DNA of 64,000 bases, taken from positions 32,217-96,216 of the forward strand of contig CAIRXW010000024.1 of NCBI GenBank assembly GCA_903882665.1, read 5' to 3'. Below the pieces are notes generated by a model, which ran no database searches, was not told where the DNA came from, and saw nothing but the letters and a program-made list of their open reading frames with translations. This stretch comes from an uncultured Chlorobiaceae bacterium. Lineage in GTDB: Bacteria; Bacteroidota; Chlorobiia; Chlorobiales; Chlorobiaceae. Shown here one piece after another: positions 27,274 to 36,536 of this stretch. How positions within the stretch are numbered: position 1 is the first letter of the stretch; every line of letters starts with the position of its first letter. Position numbers and translations under genes: made by a program.

Positions 27274-27486
27274 TTAATAATTTTGTTTGACCGATTTTTT
27301 TATGCATTTATCGTAAACAAACTCAGGATCAAGATCGACTCCAGACTCCCATTCTATGGTGTCAAAAGCAACGGCAACTTTTTTAAAAGAGTTGCAATCT
27401 TTAAGCAGATTAAAAACTCCGAAACAAAGATATGGCTTCATATCCAACACTCCACTCTCGCCATTACTAAAGATGATATCAAGCAT
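27274..27486 (-). CDS. DUF2442 family small protein
   Basis: ...LDIIFSNGESGVLDM...IEWESGVDLDPEFVY. The in-frame upstream residues (YPSVIDVVPRDNF) also look DUF2442-like but lack a canonical start codon. Confidence 0.7.
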   Translation of the reverse strand: MLDIIFSNGESGVLDMKPYLCFGVFNLLKDCNSFKKVAVAFDTIEWESGVDLDPEFVYDKCIKKSVKQNY

Positions 27487-27539
27487 AAAATTATCTCGTG
27501 GAACAACATCTATTACTGATGGATAAATGGTATTTTCTC

Positions 27540-27807
27540 CTATTGTAATGGTTGGATTTTAAATGGCTCCTCACCATTCATAACCAGATTCCAGTCACTC
27601 AAAAGTTCTTCCTGATGTAATTCAGCCCACGCCAAAACAAGTTTTATTTGCTTCCTCGGCAAATTCCCTTCGATCATCTCACAAGTGCCGATATCTACCT
27701 TACCTGAATATTCTGCATGATAGACATGAAAATGCGGCGGAGGATGTTCACCTGGAGCAAAGTTACATCCGAATGATAATTCCGTAAAACGTCGATATTG
27801 TCGGCAA
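27540..27807 (-). pseudogene. DUF4160 gene with a frameshift/premature stop
   Basis: An AGGAGG box followed by a TTG start. LPTISTFYGIIIRM* (stop at 27763-27765), then the next frame reads NFAPGEHPPPHFHVYHAEYSGKVDI...LSDWNLVMNGEEPFKIQPLQ*. Confidence 0.65.
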
Positions 27808-27826
27808 AGCTACCTCCTGTAGTCTT

Positions 27827-28081
27827 TTAAGCAAGCAACCTGTCATAGTCAGCATGAGTGCCAATCCAGACCCAAAGAAAACCCCCATCAATCGACGTGG
27901 CGACTGCGCGATAATGAGAGCCGACACGAGCAGACCAGACTTTGCCCACTTTCTTGAATTGCAAAGAAGGGTGGGAGTGATCTTCTTTTATCATTTGAAA
28001 GTTCTTCTTGGCGAGACTACGAATCTCCACAGGAAGGCGTTCATAGCATGTCCAGAAGCTGGAAGCCGTTTTGTGTTTCAA
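27827..28081 (-). CDS. ParE/RelE-like toxin (intact paralogue of 26016..26285)
   Basis: 84 aa. HPSLQFKKVGKVWSARVGSHYRAVATSIDGGFLWVWIGTHADYD. There is a 4-nt overlap with the upstream antitoxin. Confidence 0.65.
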   Translation of the reverse strand: MKHKTASSFWTCYERLPVEIRSLAKKNFQMIKEDHSHPSLQFKKVGKVWSARVGSHYRAVATSIDGGFLWVWIGTHADYDRLLA

Positions 28082-28278
28082 AGGTCTCTCGTCAGTCCTG
28101 CTTCATGTTCAGCAAGCGCCGCGTTGATAAGGAAATCGAGCTTTCCCGCATTGGAATCAGCTTCCAGTTGTTTATCCCAACGTGCCTGCTCGAATTCGAT
28201 AAACCATTCACGGAGTTTTGAAAAAGAATCGTCATCCAATTCTGCAATATGTTGTTCCAATAGCTCCACTTGAGTCAT
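28078..28278 (-). CDS. Antitoxin-like small protein
   Basis: 66 aa, acidic, translationally coupled to the toxin at 27827..28081. Confidence 0.6.
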   Translation of the reverse strand: MTQVELLEQHIAELDDDSFSKLREWFIEFEQARWDKQLEADSNAGKLDFLINAALAEHEAGLTRDL

Positions 28279-28387
28279 ATTACCCTCAATTTTTTAAAAT
28301 TTTTGGCACCTTTAAAGTGGTTGTCCACATCAGCTTTCTTTAGAATTTTACCAAACTCTTCTAAACAGTACTTGCTGTGTCGAAATA

Positions 28388-28434
28388 ACTGCTTTTAGGA
28401 GTATAACAAACAATTTCAGGCCATCAAAACAGAT
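28388..28434. repeat. 47-bp direct repeat, copy B (partner at 5894..5940)
   Basis: See copy A. Both copies lie 110-116 nt upstream of the start of a minus-strand TA-like operon. Confidence 0.75.
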
Positions 28435-28744
28435 CTGCGCAGAACAAACAACAACGAAATCACTTCCTCCGTTTTAAACAGGCGCCTTTGCATTGAGTCC
28501 TGCTCCTTCAAAACCCGCAGCCCCGATTTGCCCAATAATACCAATCTTCAACCGCTTCCCGGGTCGCTTCATCCGCCTCAACGACGGAGTACCATCCCAT
28601 CGCCAGTTCTTCCGGGCTATAAGCATCAAAAATGATTTCATAATCAATGCGTTGTTCTCGAATTTCATCGTATTCAACTCTGCTCATACAATCTCCGTTG
28701 GCTTACGTTGACGCAATACATGTACGTCTGAAGCTCATGTTCTT

Positions 28745-29256
28745 TCAACGGTCTGCGGGGATATAGGGAATCAATCCTTTTTCATAGGCAATAACCTGAA
28801 ATTCACGCGACATCTGGCGAATATCGACAATCATACCATCGACTTGCAACATCCAGATCATTGGATTGTTATCGACATGGCATGGCAAGCACCAGTTCGG
28901 GTCAAGTGGATACATTTTCAGCAGGTCACGAATAAGTTTGGCCTTGTTTTCCCCCGTACTTTTACTGACGCCACATGCTGCGCACAGCTCATCCACCCGC
29001 AGGTGTGGAGATTGTGTTTTGTCGAACAGGAAATTGACGGTACCAAGCGCATAGAGAATACCACATGCCCAGATTTCCGGTTTTCCCCGCATGAGGGGGA
29101 TGGACGCTTGCGCGCAAGCGTTGCCGCCAACTGACGGGCAAGCGCGGCATATTCGTCGTTCAGGTGCTGTTGGCAAATACTCTCTGTCAGATTGACAATT
29201 GCCGCGTATGCAGGTTCTAAAGCGACTGGAACGGATTCAGATTTTTTCCTGGTCAT
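28745..29256 (-). pseudogene. DUF6398-like protein, frameshifted in a homopolymer
   Basis: The N-terminal frame (ORF 28918..29256) reads ...LNDEYAALARQLAATLARKRPSP. The next frame (ORF 28745..29176) continues LMRGKPEIWACGILYALGTVNFLFDKTQSPHLRVDELCAACGVSKSTG. The switch occurs at the G5 run 29095-29099, and one extra G/C would fuse the two frames. Confidence 0.55.
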
Positions 29257-29386
29257 TTAATAATATCTTCAAGATCATAAAGATGGTCAACAATAGCCAA
29301 GCTCGTATCAATATAGTCTACGAAATCGAGAAATTGCTTGAGCAGATGTATGCACTGCTTCACAGGTTTGGATTTTATCGGGAAAA

Positions 29387-30802
29387 TCACGCCAGAAAAA
29401 GGTACCTCATCGCATTCCCGTGGCACAACATCTCTTTCTCCTCCAGCGTGAGCGCACTTGTTTCAGCAAAATATTGCAGGTATGTACCATAGGTTGCAAT
29501 ATCCTGAAGATTGATCATAAAATCGGAGCCGAAAATGATCTTCTCCAGTAACCGCTGCCTGTCGGCACCTTTACTATCGAGAAAGAGCTTCAGCTTGGCA
29601 TAAATTTTCTTGTCAACACCCTGGTACGAAATATCCGTGTAAACATTCTCGTATTGCAGCACGAGATCGGCAATCTGGTCTCGCCAGTCATCCCTCTCTG
29701 CACCGCCGAAATGAGCGAGATTGAGTCGCAGTTGCTTGTTCTCTTTTTGTGCCAAAACCTTCGCCCATTTAGCCGGACTGGCAAATTCCTTGTATTTTTT
29801 ATCAACAAGGAATCCGCCGGCGTTGCAATGCGCTGTAAGGGGAATGTTATGCCGTATACAAAAAGCATACAGGTAGTGAACCTTCTCCAACTCTCTTTCC
29901 ATTTCCTCGTCGTCCGTATACCCATCTGTATCCTCGGGCCAGGGATTGAAGCCCAGCGGAGGATAAACTTTGATGCCAGCAAAGGCATGAGAACCGATCG
30001 ATTCGATATTGCCGTTGAATGTACTCCAATCCTGCTCAAAGAGCTTGCTGTGCCGCATTTCGGGGGTCGCGTCATGTTCAAATTCACGGAAATTCTTTTC
30101 GAGAAGCTCTTGGAGGGAGCTCGAAAGACCATCAGATTTCAACTTGTAATTCCGGGTATTGATACCGAGGAAAGGATGAATCTCAAAAAGGGGTGGAATC
30201 GGACTGCCTGCATAATTGATGTAGGCTTCCCTGTGGAGGTAATAGTCCCTTATTCCAAGGCACAGATCCTCGACCTGTGCAACAACCGGCTTCCAGCGGA
30301 CTTTGTAGGGGGAGTTCGAGTTCTGGTAATTTTTGAGGCCGAAATCCATGATAAGGGGAGTCATCACGATTTTGTCATAGACTTGCTTCCCACTGTCGCC
30401 ATAGAGGGTCAGTCCACCCTCCGTTTCATACTTTTTTCTCAGCTCCTCCTCCAGTTGGATCAAGCAATCGCCGATGTCCGTCTCCATAAAGGCCAGGAGG
30501 TTCATCACATTGGCAATTTTTTCCTTAAACTTCCCTGAAAGAGAGCTGCTGGTAAACGGAATGATCAGGAGCAGTACCACGATCAATCCAATCAGGACAA
30601 CCAGCGTCAGAATAACCAACAGGGGCAGAAACAGCAAAAGCCACAAAAAGATTTTTAGAACCGGAGGCCATGCGTTCACCAGCGCGAAAGAGTGAACAAG
30701 CTTTATTGGCATTGCCTCCTTGAATACCCTCTTGATCATCGCCGTAAGATTGGGATGACTCAGGTTCATCATGTGGCAATGGGAATCATAGAAAACAGGC
30801 AT
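29387..30802 (-). CDS. Amidohydrolase-superfamily metal-dependent hydrolase with an inserted hydrophobic hairpin
   Basis: 471 aa. N-terminal FYDSHCHMMNL (HxH), later TAHCNAGGF, LNLAHFGG and IIFGSDF, which are the TIM-barrel amidohydrolase ligand pattern. Residues ~45-85 are strongly hydrophobic (WPPVLKIFLWLLLFLPLLVILTLVVLIGLIVVLLLIIPF). Confidence 0.65.
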   Translation of the reverse strand: MPVFYDSHCHMMNLSHPNLTAMIKRVFKEAMPIKLVHSFALVNAWPPVLKIFLWLLLFLPLLVILTLVVLIGLIVVLLLIIPFTSSSLSGKFKEKIANVMNLLAFMETDIGDCLIQLEEELRKKYETEGGLTLYGDSGKQVYDKIVMTPLIMDFGLKNYQNSNSPYKVRWKPVVAQVEDLCLGIRDYYLHREAYINYAGSPIPPLFEIHPFLGINTRNYKLKSDGLSSSLQELLEKNFREFEHDATPEMRHSKLFEQDWSTFNGNIESIGSHAFAGIKVYPPLGFNPWPEDTDGYTDDEEMERELEKVHYLYAFCIRHNIPLTAHCNAGGFLVDKKYKEFASPAKWAKVLAQKENKQLRLNLAHFGGAERDDWRDQIADLVLQYENVYTDISYQGVDKKIYAKLKLFLDSKGADRQRLLEKIIFGSDFMINLQDIATYGTYLQYFAETSALTLEEKEMLCHGNAMRYLFLA

Positions 30803-31071
30803 AGCGCTTCTCCCGATTAGATTCGCAGGAATGGAAGCTCTTTTACGCCCACCCCTGCACCGCAGATAACGTTATTGAAACTCACAGGCGAACACTCCTT
30901 GTTATTTGTACGAATAATACCATTGATTTACAAGGAACGAGAAACAAAAGGGAGTAAACTTGCTCCATTTTCGTGGAGAGTGCAAAAAAATGTATCTTCA
31001 ACGTGATGGCACGATGACTTTTTACCCGAAACTAAAAAAAAGCAAGTCAAAAACCACTCCACAACACGACA

Positions 31072-31698
31072 ATGAATACTCCTGTGAACATCCTTGCGAT
31101 TGTCGGCAGCTACCGCAAAGAGGGCATTATTGAACGGGCGGTCGATGAAATTCTTGCCTCTGCAAGAGAGAGGGGTGCTGTAACCCGGAAGATCACCCTG
31201 CTCGACAAGCGTCTTGCATTCTGCACCAACTGCCGCAGTTGCACCCAGGTTGCCGGGGAGAACTACGGAGTCTGTATCCTTGATGATGATATGGCTGCTC
31301 TCCTCCAGGAGATTGAAGTGGCTGATGCCCTTGTTCTCGCGTCGCCGATGAATGCCGGAACAGTCACGGCTATCATGAAAACCTTTATTGAACGTCTTGT
31401 CTGCACGGCCTATTGGCCCTGGGGATCCCCTGCTCCAAAAGCCCGTCGCCCGGGGAAATCAAAACGAGCGGTACTCGTGGCCTCTTCCGCTGCACCAGGC
31501 ATTCTTGCAAGGGTAACCGGAGATGTGACCAAGCGACTTAAATCTGCCGCAACGATGCTTGGCGCAGAAACGGTCGGGACGCTCTTTATCGGGCTTGCAG
31601 CGCAACAACAGCATCAGGAACTGAGCAAAGGAACAATCCATAAGGCGCATAAACTCGGTCACAAACTCGCTGCCGGAAAATCCGCAAAGGCATCCTGA
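31072..31698 (+). CDS. Flavodoxin-like NAD(P)H-dependent FMN reductase family protein
   Basis: 208 aa. ILAIVGSYRKEG, FCTNCRSC, LVLASPMNAGTVTA. Confidence 0.75.
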   Translation: MNTPVNILAIVGSYRKEGIIERAVDEILASARERGAVTRKITLLDKRLAFCTNCRSCTQVAGENYGVCILDDDMAALLQEIEVADALVLASPMNAGTVTAIMKTFIERLVCTAYWPWGSPAPKARRPGKSKRAVLVASSAAPGILARVTGDVTKRLKSAATMLGAETVGTLFIGLAAQQQHQELSKGTIHKAHKLGHKLAAGKSAKAS

Positions 31699-31812
31699 TG
31701 TTTTGTTGAGTTATCCATTGCGATGTGTATATTCAGCGTATGCGCCGCATAATACAAAAACTTGTTGTTGTTCCAAACTTAAGAGCTTTTATCAACACAT
31801 AATCCACTCATC

Positions 31813-33021
31813 ATGGAACCTATCATCATTAATGAGTACTGTTTCAAAAGGGTCTACTTCTGGATGCAGTATACGCCTCAAGATCTGATTTTCACGGAAA
31901 TAGCCATGGATGTCTATTATCCAAAAGATCGAAAAGCAAATGGTCTGGTTATGTTCAATCATGGGTTCATGATCGGTCCCGATCTCCTCTATCTTCCAAA
32001 ACGACTGCTTTCAGGCCTTTTCAGCAACGAGCAGCCTCCGCTGTTTGGCAACTATCCCTCCTATTTCTACAACTATACCTCTGCCATTGTAGACAACAAC
32101 TGGGCAATGGCTTTCGTAACCTCGACGCACAAGCAAAACGAATTCACTCCAACGACTGATTTTGGCGGGAACCCAAGGGTTGGACAGGAGGCGTACCTGG
32201 CGGCCTCCTATCTTATCTGTTTCGGTGCCACCAGCACCTTCTACAATGCAAGCCGATCAAACCAGTTTCGGTTCATGAACTCCAACAATGTCATTTTTGC
32301 GGGCCATTCTGTCGGGGGAGCACATGCACAGGTAGCTGCAACCGGATTTGACAACCTCCATGATATCGGAGAAGATTCAAAACAGAGGTTTGACCCCATT
32401 GTGTACGACAGGGTTGCCTTTCCAAGAGTGACCGACAAGCTCTCGAAATGGGGAGAGGAGAACCAGGCCAAACCCGTCGGCCTTGTCCAGCTCTCGCCCG
32501 TCGATATGAACAATCCGATTTTTGGCGGCATGAAATTATACCGTGAAAAACTGGCGACCATACCGATACCGAACCTGATGATTATCGGGCAGTGCGATTG
32601 TGCCTGCCTTGATACATCGCAACCACCGGCATGGTCCCCCAAAACTTCGGATGACTCCGAGTACAAAGAGATGGCTCCAGCGGGGAGTGGTTCGTGGGCA
32701 ACTGTCGCAAATGTTGAAAAAGGCAGCCATTGCGGATACCTGACTGCGCAAAGTGAACTCTGCTCTACGGCCGACAGCAGCGCGTCATGCAAACGCTGTC
32801 CGGGTGTTGATAAATACAAGCCAGTCGGCAAAGAGACCGACTTCACCGCAGAGCTTTTCAAGCGCTTTATCAACATCTATCCTGACAATTCAGGATTTGC
32901 AGGTACACGCCAAAATTGGTTAGACAGCAGTTGCCTGAAGTGGCTCAACAACAAACAACCGGATGGCACAGCCATCAACCTTGTTCCGTTCAGCGACGGG
33001 CAATACGTTTCTCACGTGTAG
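31813..33021 (+). CDS. Alpha/beta hydrolase (chlorophyllase/dienelactone-hydrolase-like)
   Basis: 402 aa. Nucleophile elbow FAGHSVGGAH. The start codon is uncertain. Confidence 0.65.
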   Translation: MEPIIINEYCFKRVYFWMQYTPQDLIFTEIAMDVYYPKDRKANGLVMFNHGFMIGPDLLYLPKRLLSGLFSNEQPPLFGNYPSYFYNYTSAIVDNNWAMAFVTSTHKQNEFTPTTDFGGNPRVGQEAYLAASYLICFGATSTFYNASRSNQFRFMNSNNVIFAGHSVGGAHAQVAATGFDNLHDIGEDSKQRFDPIVYDRVAFPRVTDKLSKWGEENQAKPVGLVQLSPVDMNNPIFGGMKLYREKLATIPIPNLMIIGQCDCACLDTSQPPAWSPKTSDDSEYKEMAPAGSGSWATVANVEKGSHCGYLTAQSELCSTADSSASCKRCPGVDKYKPVGKETDFTAELFKRFINIYPDNSGFAGTRQNWLDSSCLKWLNNKQPDGTAINLVPFSDGQYVSHV

Positions 33022-33054
33022 CGGCAGCAAGAAGAAAAGCAGTGTAAAACGAAA

Positions 33055-33091
33055 AGACCCGGGCTTCAGAAGAATGTCCGGGTCTTTTTTT
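33055..33091. terminator. Bidirectional terminator between the hydrolase gene and nrdJ
   Basis: agacccgg (33055-33062) pairs with ccgggtct (33078-33085), followed by T7. An A4 run precedes it for the opposite strand. Confidence 0.75.
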
Positions 33092-33110
33092 CGTGATTGT
33101 TCTCGGGCTT

Positions 33111-36100
33111 TTACGAACACCCCGTGGTCATACCGCAATCGTCGCACACCTTGCAGGTTCCGTTTTGCTTGACACGCATGGAGCCGCAATTTTCGCACTG
33201 CTCGCCGGTATAACCCTGTACCTTGGCCTGATAGACCTGGCTTTTGCGAGTTGCGGAGCGCTCCGGCTCGACGTGCAGGGAGAGTGATGGCTCGGCAACC
33301 TGTGCGTGACCGTTCTCGCCATTGCTTTCCAGCACTTCGTCAACGGCCTTGACATGCACAAAATCCTTCCGGCCCAGATAGTCGTAACCGATTGAGCGGA
33401 AAACATAGTCAAGAATGGAGGTGGAATTCTTGATGACATTGTGCCCCTGAACCGCGCCCGCAGGCTCAAAGCGGGTAAAGGTGAAGCTGTCGACCAGCTC
33501 TTCGAGCGGCATACCATATTGCAGCGCCTTGGAGGCGAGCACGGCAAAACAGTTCAGCAGCCCCTTGAATGAGGCGCCCTCCTTGTACATGTCGATAAAG
33601 ACTTCGCCAAGAGAGCCATCGTCGTACTCCCCTGTTCGAAGAAAAACCTTGTGGCCGCCTACATGAGCTTCGCGGATATAACCCTTCCGCCGTTTAGGCA
33701 GCATCCTGCGCTCGGAGCGGTGGTAGACCCGCTCAACTATGCGCTCCTGAACCTCGCGTGGCCCCCTGGTTTCATCAAGGTTCTCCTCTGTTCCAAGCAT
33801 GATGATCTCATCGAGATCCTGAAAGCTCGAACTATTGAGCGGCTGGGAAAGCTTTGAGCCGTCACGGTAGATGGTGATCGCCTTGACCATTTGCAGCCAT
33901 GCCGCCTGAAAAACTTCACCGATTTCAACGGTGGTAGCAGAACCCGGCATGTTGACCGTTTTGGATATCGCACCTGAAATAAAGGGCTGCACGGAGGACA
34001 TCATGCGAACATGGGCCATGTGCTTGATGTAGCGAAGCCCTTTGCGACCGCAGCGGCTGGCGCAATCGAAGACCGGCAGATGCTCATGCTTCAGGTGGGG
34101 AGCCCCCTCGATGGTCATGGTACCGCAGACATAGTCATTGGCCAGCTCGGCATCCTGCGCCGTTGCTCCAAGCGCCTGCAGCATGTCAAAATCGGGGTCG
34201 CTGAGCTGCTCTTCGGTGAAGCCGAGCGCAGCACAGAAATCCTCGCCCAGAATCCACTTGTTAAAGACAAATCGGATATCAAAGACCGTTTCCAACTGCG
34301 ACTCAACAATTTCAATCTTGTCGTCCGGAAACCCACGGCTCTTGAGCCACGAGCGGTTGATTGAGGGTGAACCGGCAAGGGTGCCGTGGCCTTTGCAATA
34401 GTGCTCGATATCGTCAATCTGCGCAGCGCTGTAACCGAGCCGCTCAAGCGCTTTATGCACCGACTGGTTGACAATCTTGAAATAACCTCCACCCGCCAGT
34501 TTCTTGAACTTGACAATGGCAAACTCCGGCTCAATACCGGTGGTATCGCAATCCATCACCAAGCCAATGGTGCCGGTAGGAGCAATAACGCTTACCTGGG
34601 CATTGCGGAATCCGTACTGAATGCCCTTCTCCAGCGCCTCATCCCACACCTTGCCAGCCGCCTCAAAGAGCTCACCGGGGCAATACTCCGAATCAATACC
34701 ACGCGGCTTGACCGACAACCCCTCGTACTCCTCTTCCGACATATTCCTCGCTGCCCGGCGATGGTTGCGGATAACACGGAGCATCTCCTCACGGTTTGCC
34801 TCATGGCCGGTGAAGGTGCCGAGATCGCGGGCCATCTCCGCCGAGGTTACATAAGCCTGACCGGTCATCACGGCCGAGATTGCTCCCGCCAAAGCAAGCG
34901 CCCTGGGCGAATCGTAGGGAATGCCAAAGACCATCAACACCGTGCCGAGATTGGCAAAGCCGAGGCCGAGGGTTCTGAACTCATAACTGAGCCGCGCAAT
35001 CTCCTTTGAAGGGAAATGAGCCATCAGGACTGAAATTTCAAGCACAATAGTCCAAAGGCTCGAAGCGTGCTGCAACTCACTGACCTTCATCTTGCCCGAA
35101 GCCTCATCGATAAAATGGATCAGGTTGAGGCTGGCCAGATTGCATGCGGTATCGTCGAGGAACATGTATTCAGAACAGGGGTTGCTCGCGTTGATGCGTC
35201 CGCTCTTCGGGCAGGTGTGCCATTCGTTGATGGTGGTATCGAACTGCAAACCGGGATCGGCGCACTTCCAGGCACTGAGCAAAATTTTCTCCCACAAATC
35301 GCGCGCCTTGACCGCCCTTGCAATCTTGCCGGTTGTACGCTCACGGAGTTCCCATATATCGTCATTTTCAACCGCCTTCATAAACTCGTTGGTCATCCGG
35401 ACGGTATTGTTCGAATTCTGCCCGCCAACGGTCTGATAGGCTTCCGACTCGTAGTTGGAGTTGTACTCTTCAAAATCAAGCGAAGTATAGCCCTGTTCAA
35501 CAAGTGCCAGCACACGAACGATATAGCTCATCGGCACGGCACGGCTGAGCGCATTCTGGATCAGGCGGTGCAGACGAGGGTTCGTCTTGCGGTCAGCGCC
35601 ATTGGCGAGGGCCTCTTCAACAATTGCCTGGAGAAAACGGGAGCAGATTCTCGAACCGGCCACCAGCGAGGCCACCTTGTCCTCCTCCTTCGCCTTCCAC
35701 TCAATAAATTTTTCAACATCGGGATGATCGATATCGACAATCACCATCTTGGCGGCACGACGTGTTGTTCCACCCGACTTGATGGCACCCGCTGCCGAAT
35801 CAAAAATTTTCAGAAAACTCATCAGGCCCGACGAACTTCCACCGCCGCTCAGCTTCTCCCCGCCCGAACGGAGGTTGGAGTAGTTGGTGCCCGAGCCACT
35901 GCCAAACTTGAAGACCCTCGCCTCACGAATCGCCAGATCAAAAATCCCCCCTTCATTGACCAGATCGTCACTGACCGACTGAATAAAACAGGCATGGGCC
36001 TGGGGACGACCGTAGGCATCCTCCGACTCTTTTACCTCACCGCTCTCGGGATCAACATAAAAATGGCCCTGGGCCGGGCCAGTCGTACCGTAGGCAAAAT

Positions 36101-36536
36101 TAAGCCCCGTATTGAACCACTGCGGCGAGTTGGGAGCGGCCATCTGCTTGAGGATCATGAAAGCCACTTCATCATAAAAGGCAGCAGCATCATCCGGCGT
36201 ATCAAAATAACGATTCTTCTCTCCCCAATCCCTCCAGCAACCCGCCATGCGATGCACAACCTGGCGGATCGAATGCTCACTGCCGGTTACCGGATTGCCC
36301 TCGCTGTCGGTCACGGCAGCTCCCTCTGCATCATAAAGGGGAATGCCTGTTTTGCGAAAATACTTCTGGGCCAGAATATCGGCCGCCACCTGCGACCACT
36401 GCTTCGGCACCTCGATATTGTTCATTTCAAAGACCTTCGAGCCATCAGGATTCCTCAAAACAGAGCTCCTGAAGGTGTATTCGAAACGGTCATAAACATT
36501 TTCACCGGGGCTGGTGAACAAGCGGGAAATTTTCAT
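33111..36536 (-). CDS. nrdJ: Class II (adenosylcobalamin-dependent) ribonucleoside reductase
   Basis: 1141 aa. ...VPKQWSQVAADILAQKYFRK..., NPCSEYMFLDDTACNLASLNL, TISGAISKTVNMP, and a C-terminal CxxC...CxxC zinc ribbon. Confidence 0.92.
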   Translation of the reverse strand: MKISRLFTSPGENVYDRFEYTFRSSVLRNPDGSKVFEMNNIEVPKQWSQVAADILAQKYFRKTGIPLYDAEGAAVTDSEGNPVTGSEHSIRQVVHRMAGCWRDWGEKNRYFDTPDDAAAFYDEVAFMILKQMAAPNSPQWFNTGLNFAYGTTGPAQGHFYVDPESGEVKESEDAYGRPQAHACFIQSVSDDLVNEGGIFDLAIREARVFKFGSGSGTNYSNLRSGGEKLSGGGSSSGLMSFLKIFDSAAGAIKSGGTTRRAAKMVIVDIDHPDVEKFIEWKAKEEDKVASLVAGSRICSRFLQAIVEEALANGADRKTNPRLHRLIQNALSRAVPMSYIVRVLALVEQGYTSLDFEEYNSNYESEAYQTVGGQNSNNTVRMTNEFMKAVENDDIWELRERTTGKIARAVKARDLWEKILLSAWKCADPGLQFDTTINEWHTCPKSGRINASNPCSEYMFLDDTACNLASLNLIHFIDEASGKMKVSELQHASSLWTIVLEISVLMAHFPSKEIARLSYEFRTLGLGFANLGTVLMVFGIPYDSPRALALAGAISAVMTGQAYVTSAEMARDLGTFTGHEANREEMLRVIRNHRRAARNMSEEEYEGLSVKPRGIDSEYCPGELFEAAGKVWDEALEKGIQYGFRNAQVSVIAPTGTIGLVMDCDTTGIEPEFAIVKFKKLAGGGYFKIVNQSVHKALERLGYSAAQIDDIEHYCKGHGTLAGSPSINRSWLKSRGFPDDKIEIVESQLETVFDIRFVFNKWILGEDFCAALGFTEEQLSDPDFDMLQALGATAQDAELANDYVCGTMTIEGAPHLKHEHLPVFDCASRCGRKGLRYIKHMAHVRMMSSVQPFISGAISKTVNMPGSATTVEIGEVFQAAWLQMVKAITIYRDGSKLSQPLNSSSFQDLDEIIMLGTEENLDETRGPREVQERIVERVYHRSERRMLPKRRKGYIREAHVGGHKVFLRTGEYDDGSLGEVFIDMYKEGASFKGLLNCFAVLASKALQYGMPLEELVDSFTFTRFEPAGAVQGHNVIKNSTSILDYVFRSIGYDYLGRKDFVHVKAVDEVLESNGENGHAQVAEPSLSLHVEPERSATRKSQVYQAKVQGYTGEQCENCGSMRVKQNGTCKVCDDCGMTTGCS

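Noticed and set aside
28502-28687. 59-codon minus-strand ORF MSRVEYDEIREQRIDYEIIFDAYSPEELAMGWY...
   Set aside because: It has a vague resemblance to small acidic proteins with a DAY..EE.AMGWY motif, but I cannot name the family with confidence. It is below the track cutoff and its C-terminus looks out of frame. I left it unannotated.
29654-30538. 294-aa plus-strand ORF
   Set aside because: It is antisense to the amidohydrolase-like gene, which has the HxH and downstream ligand motifs.
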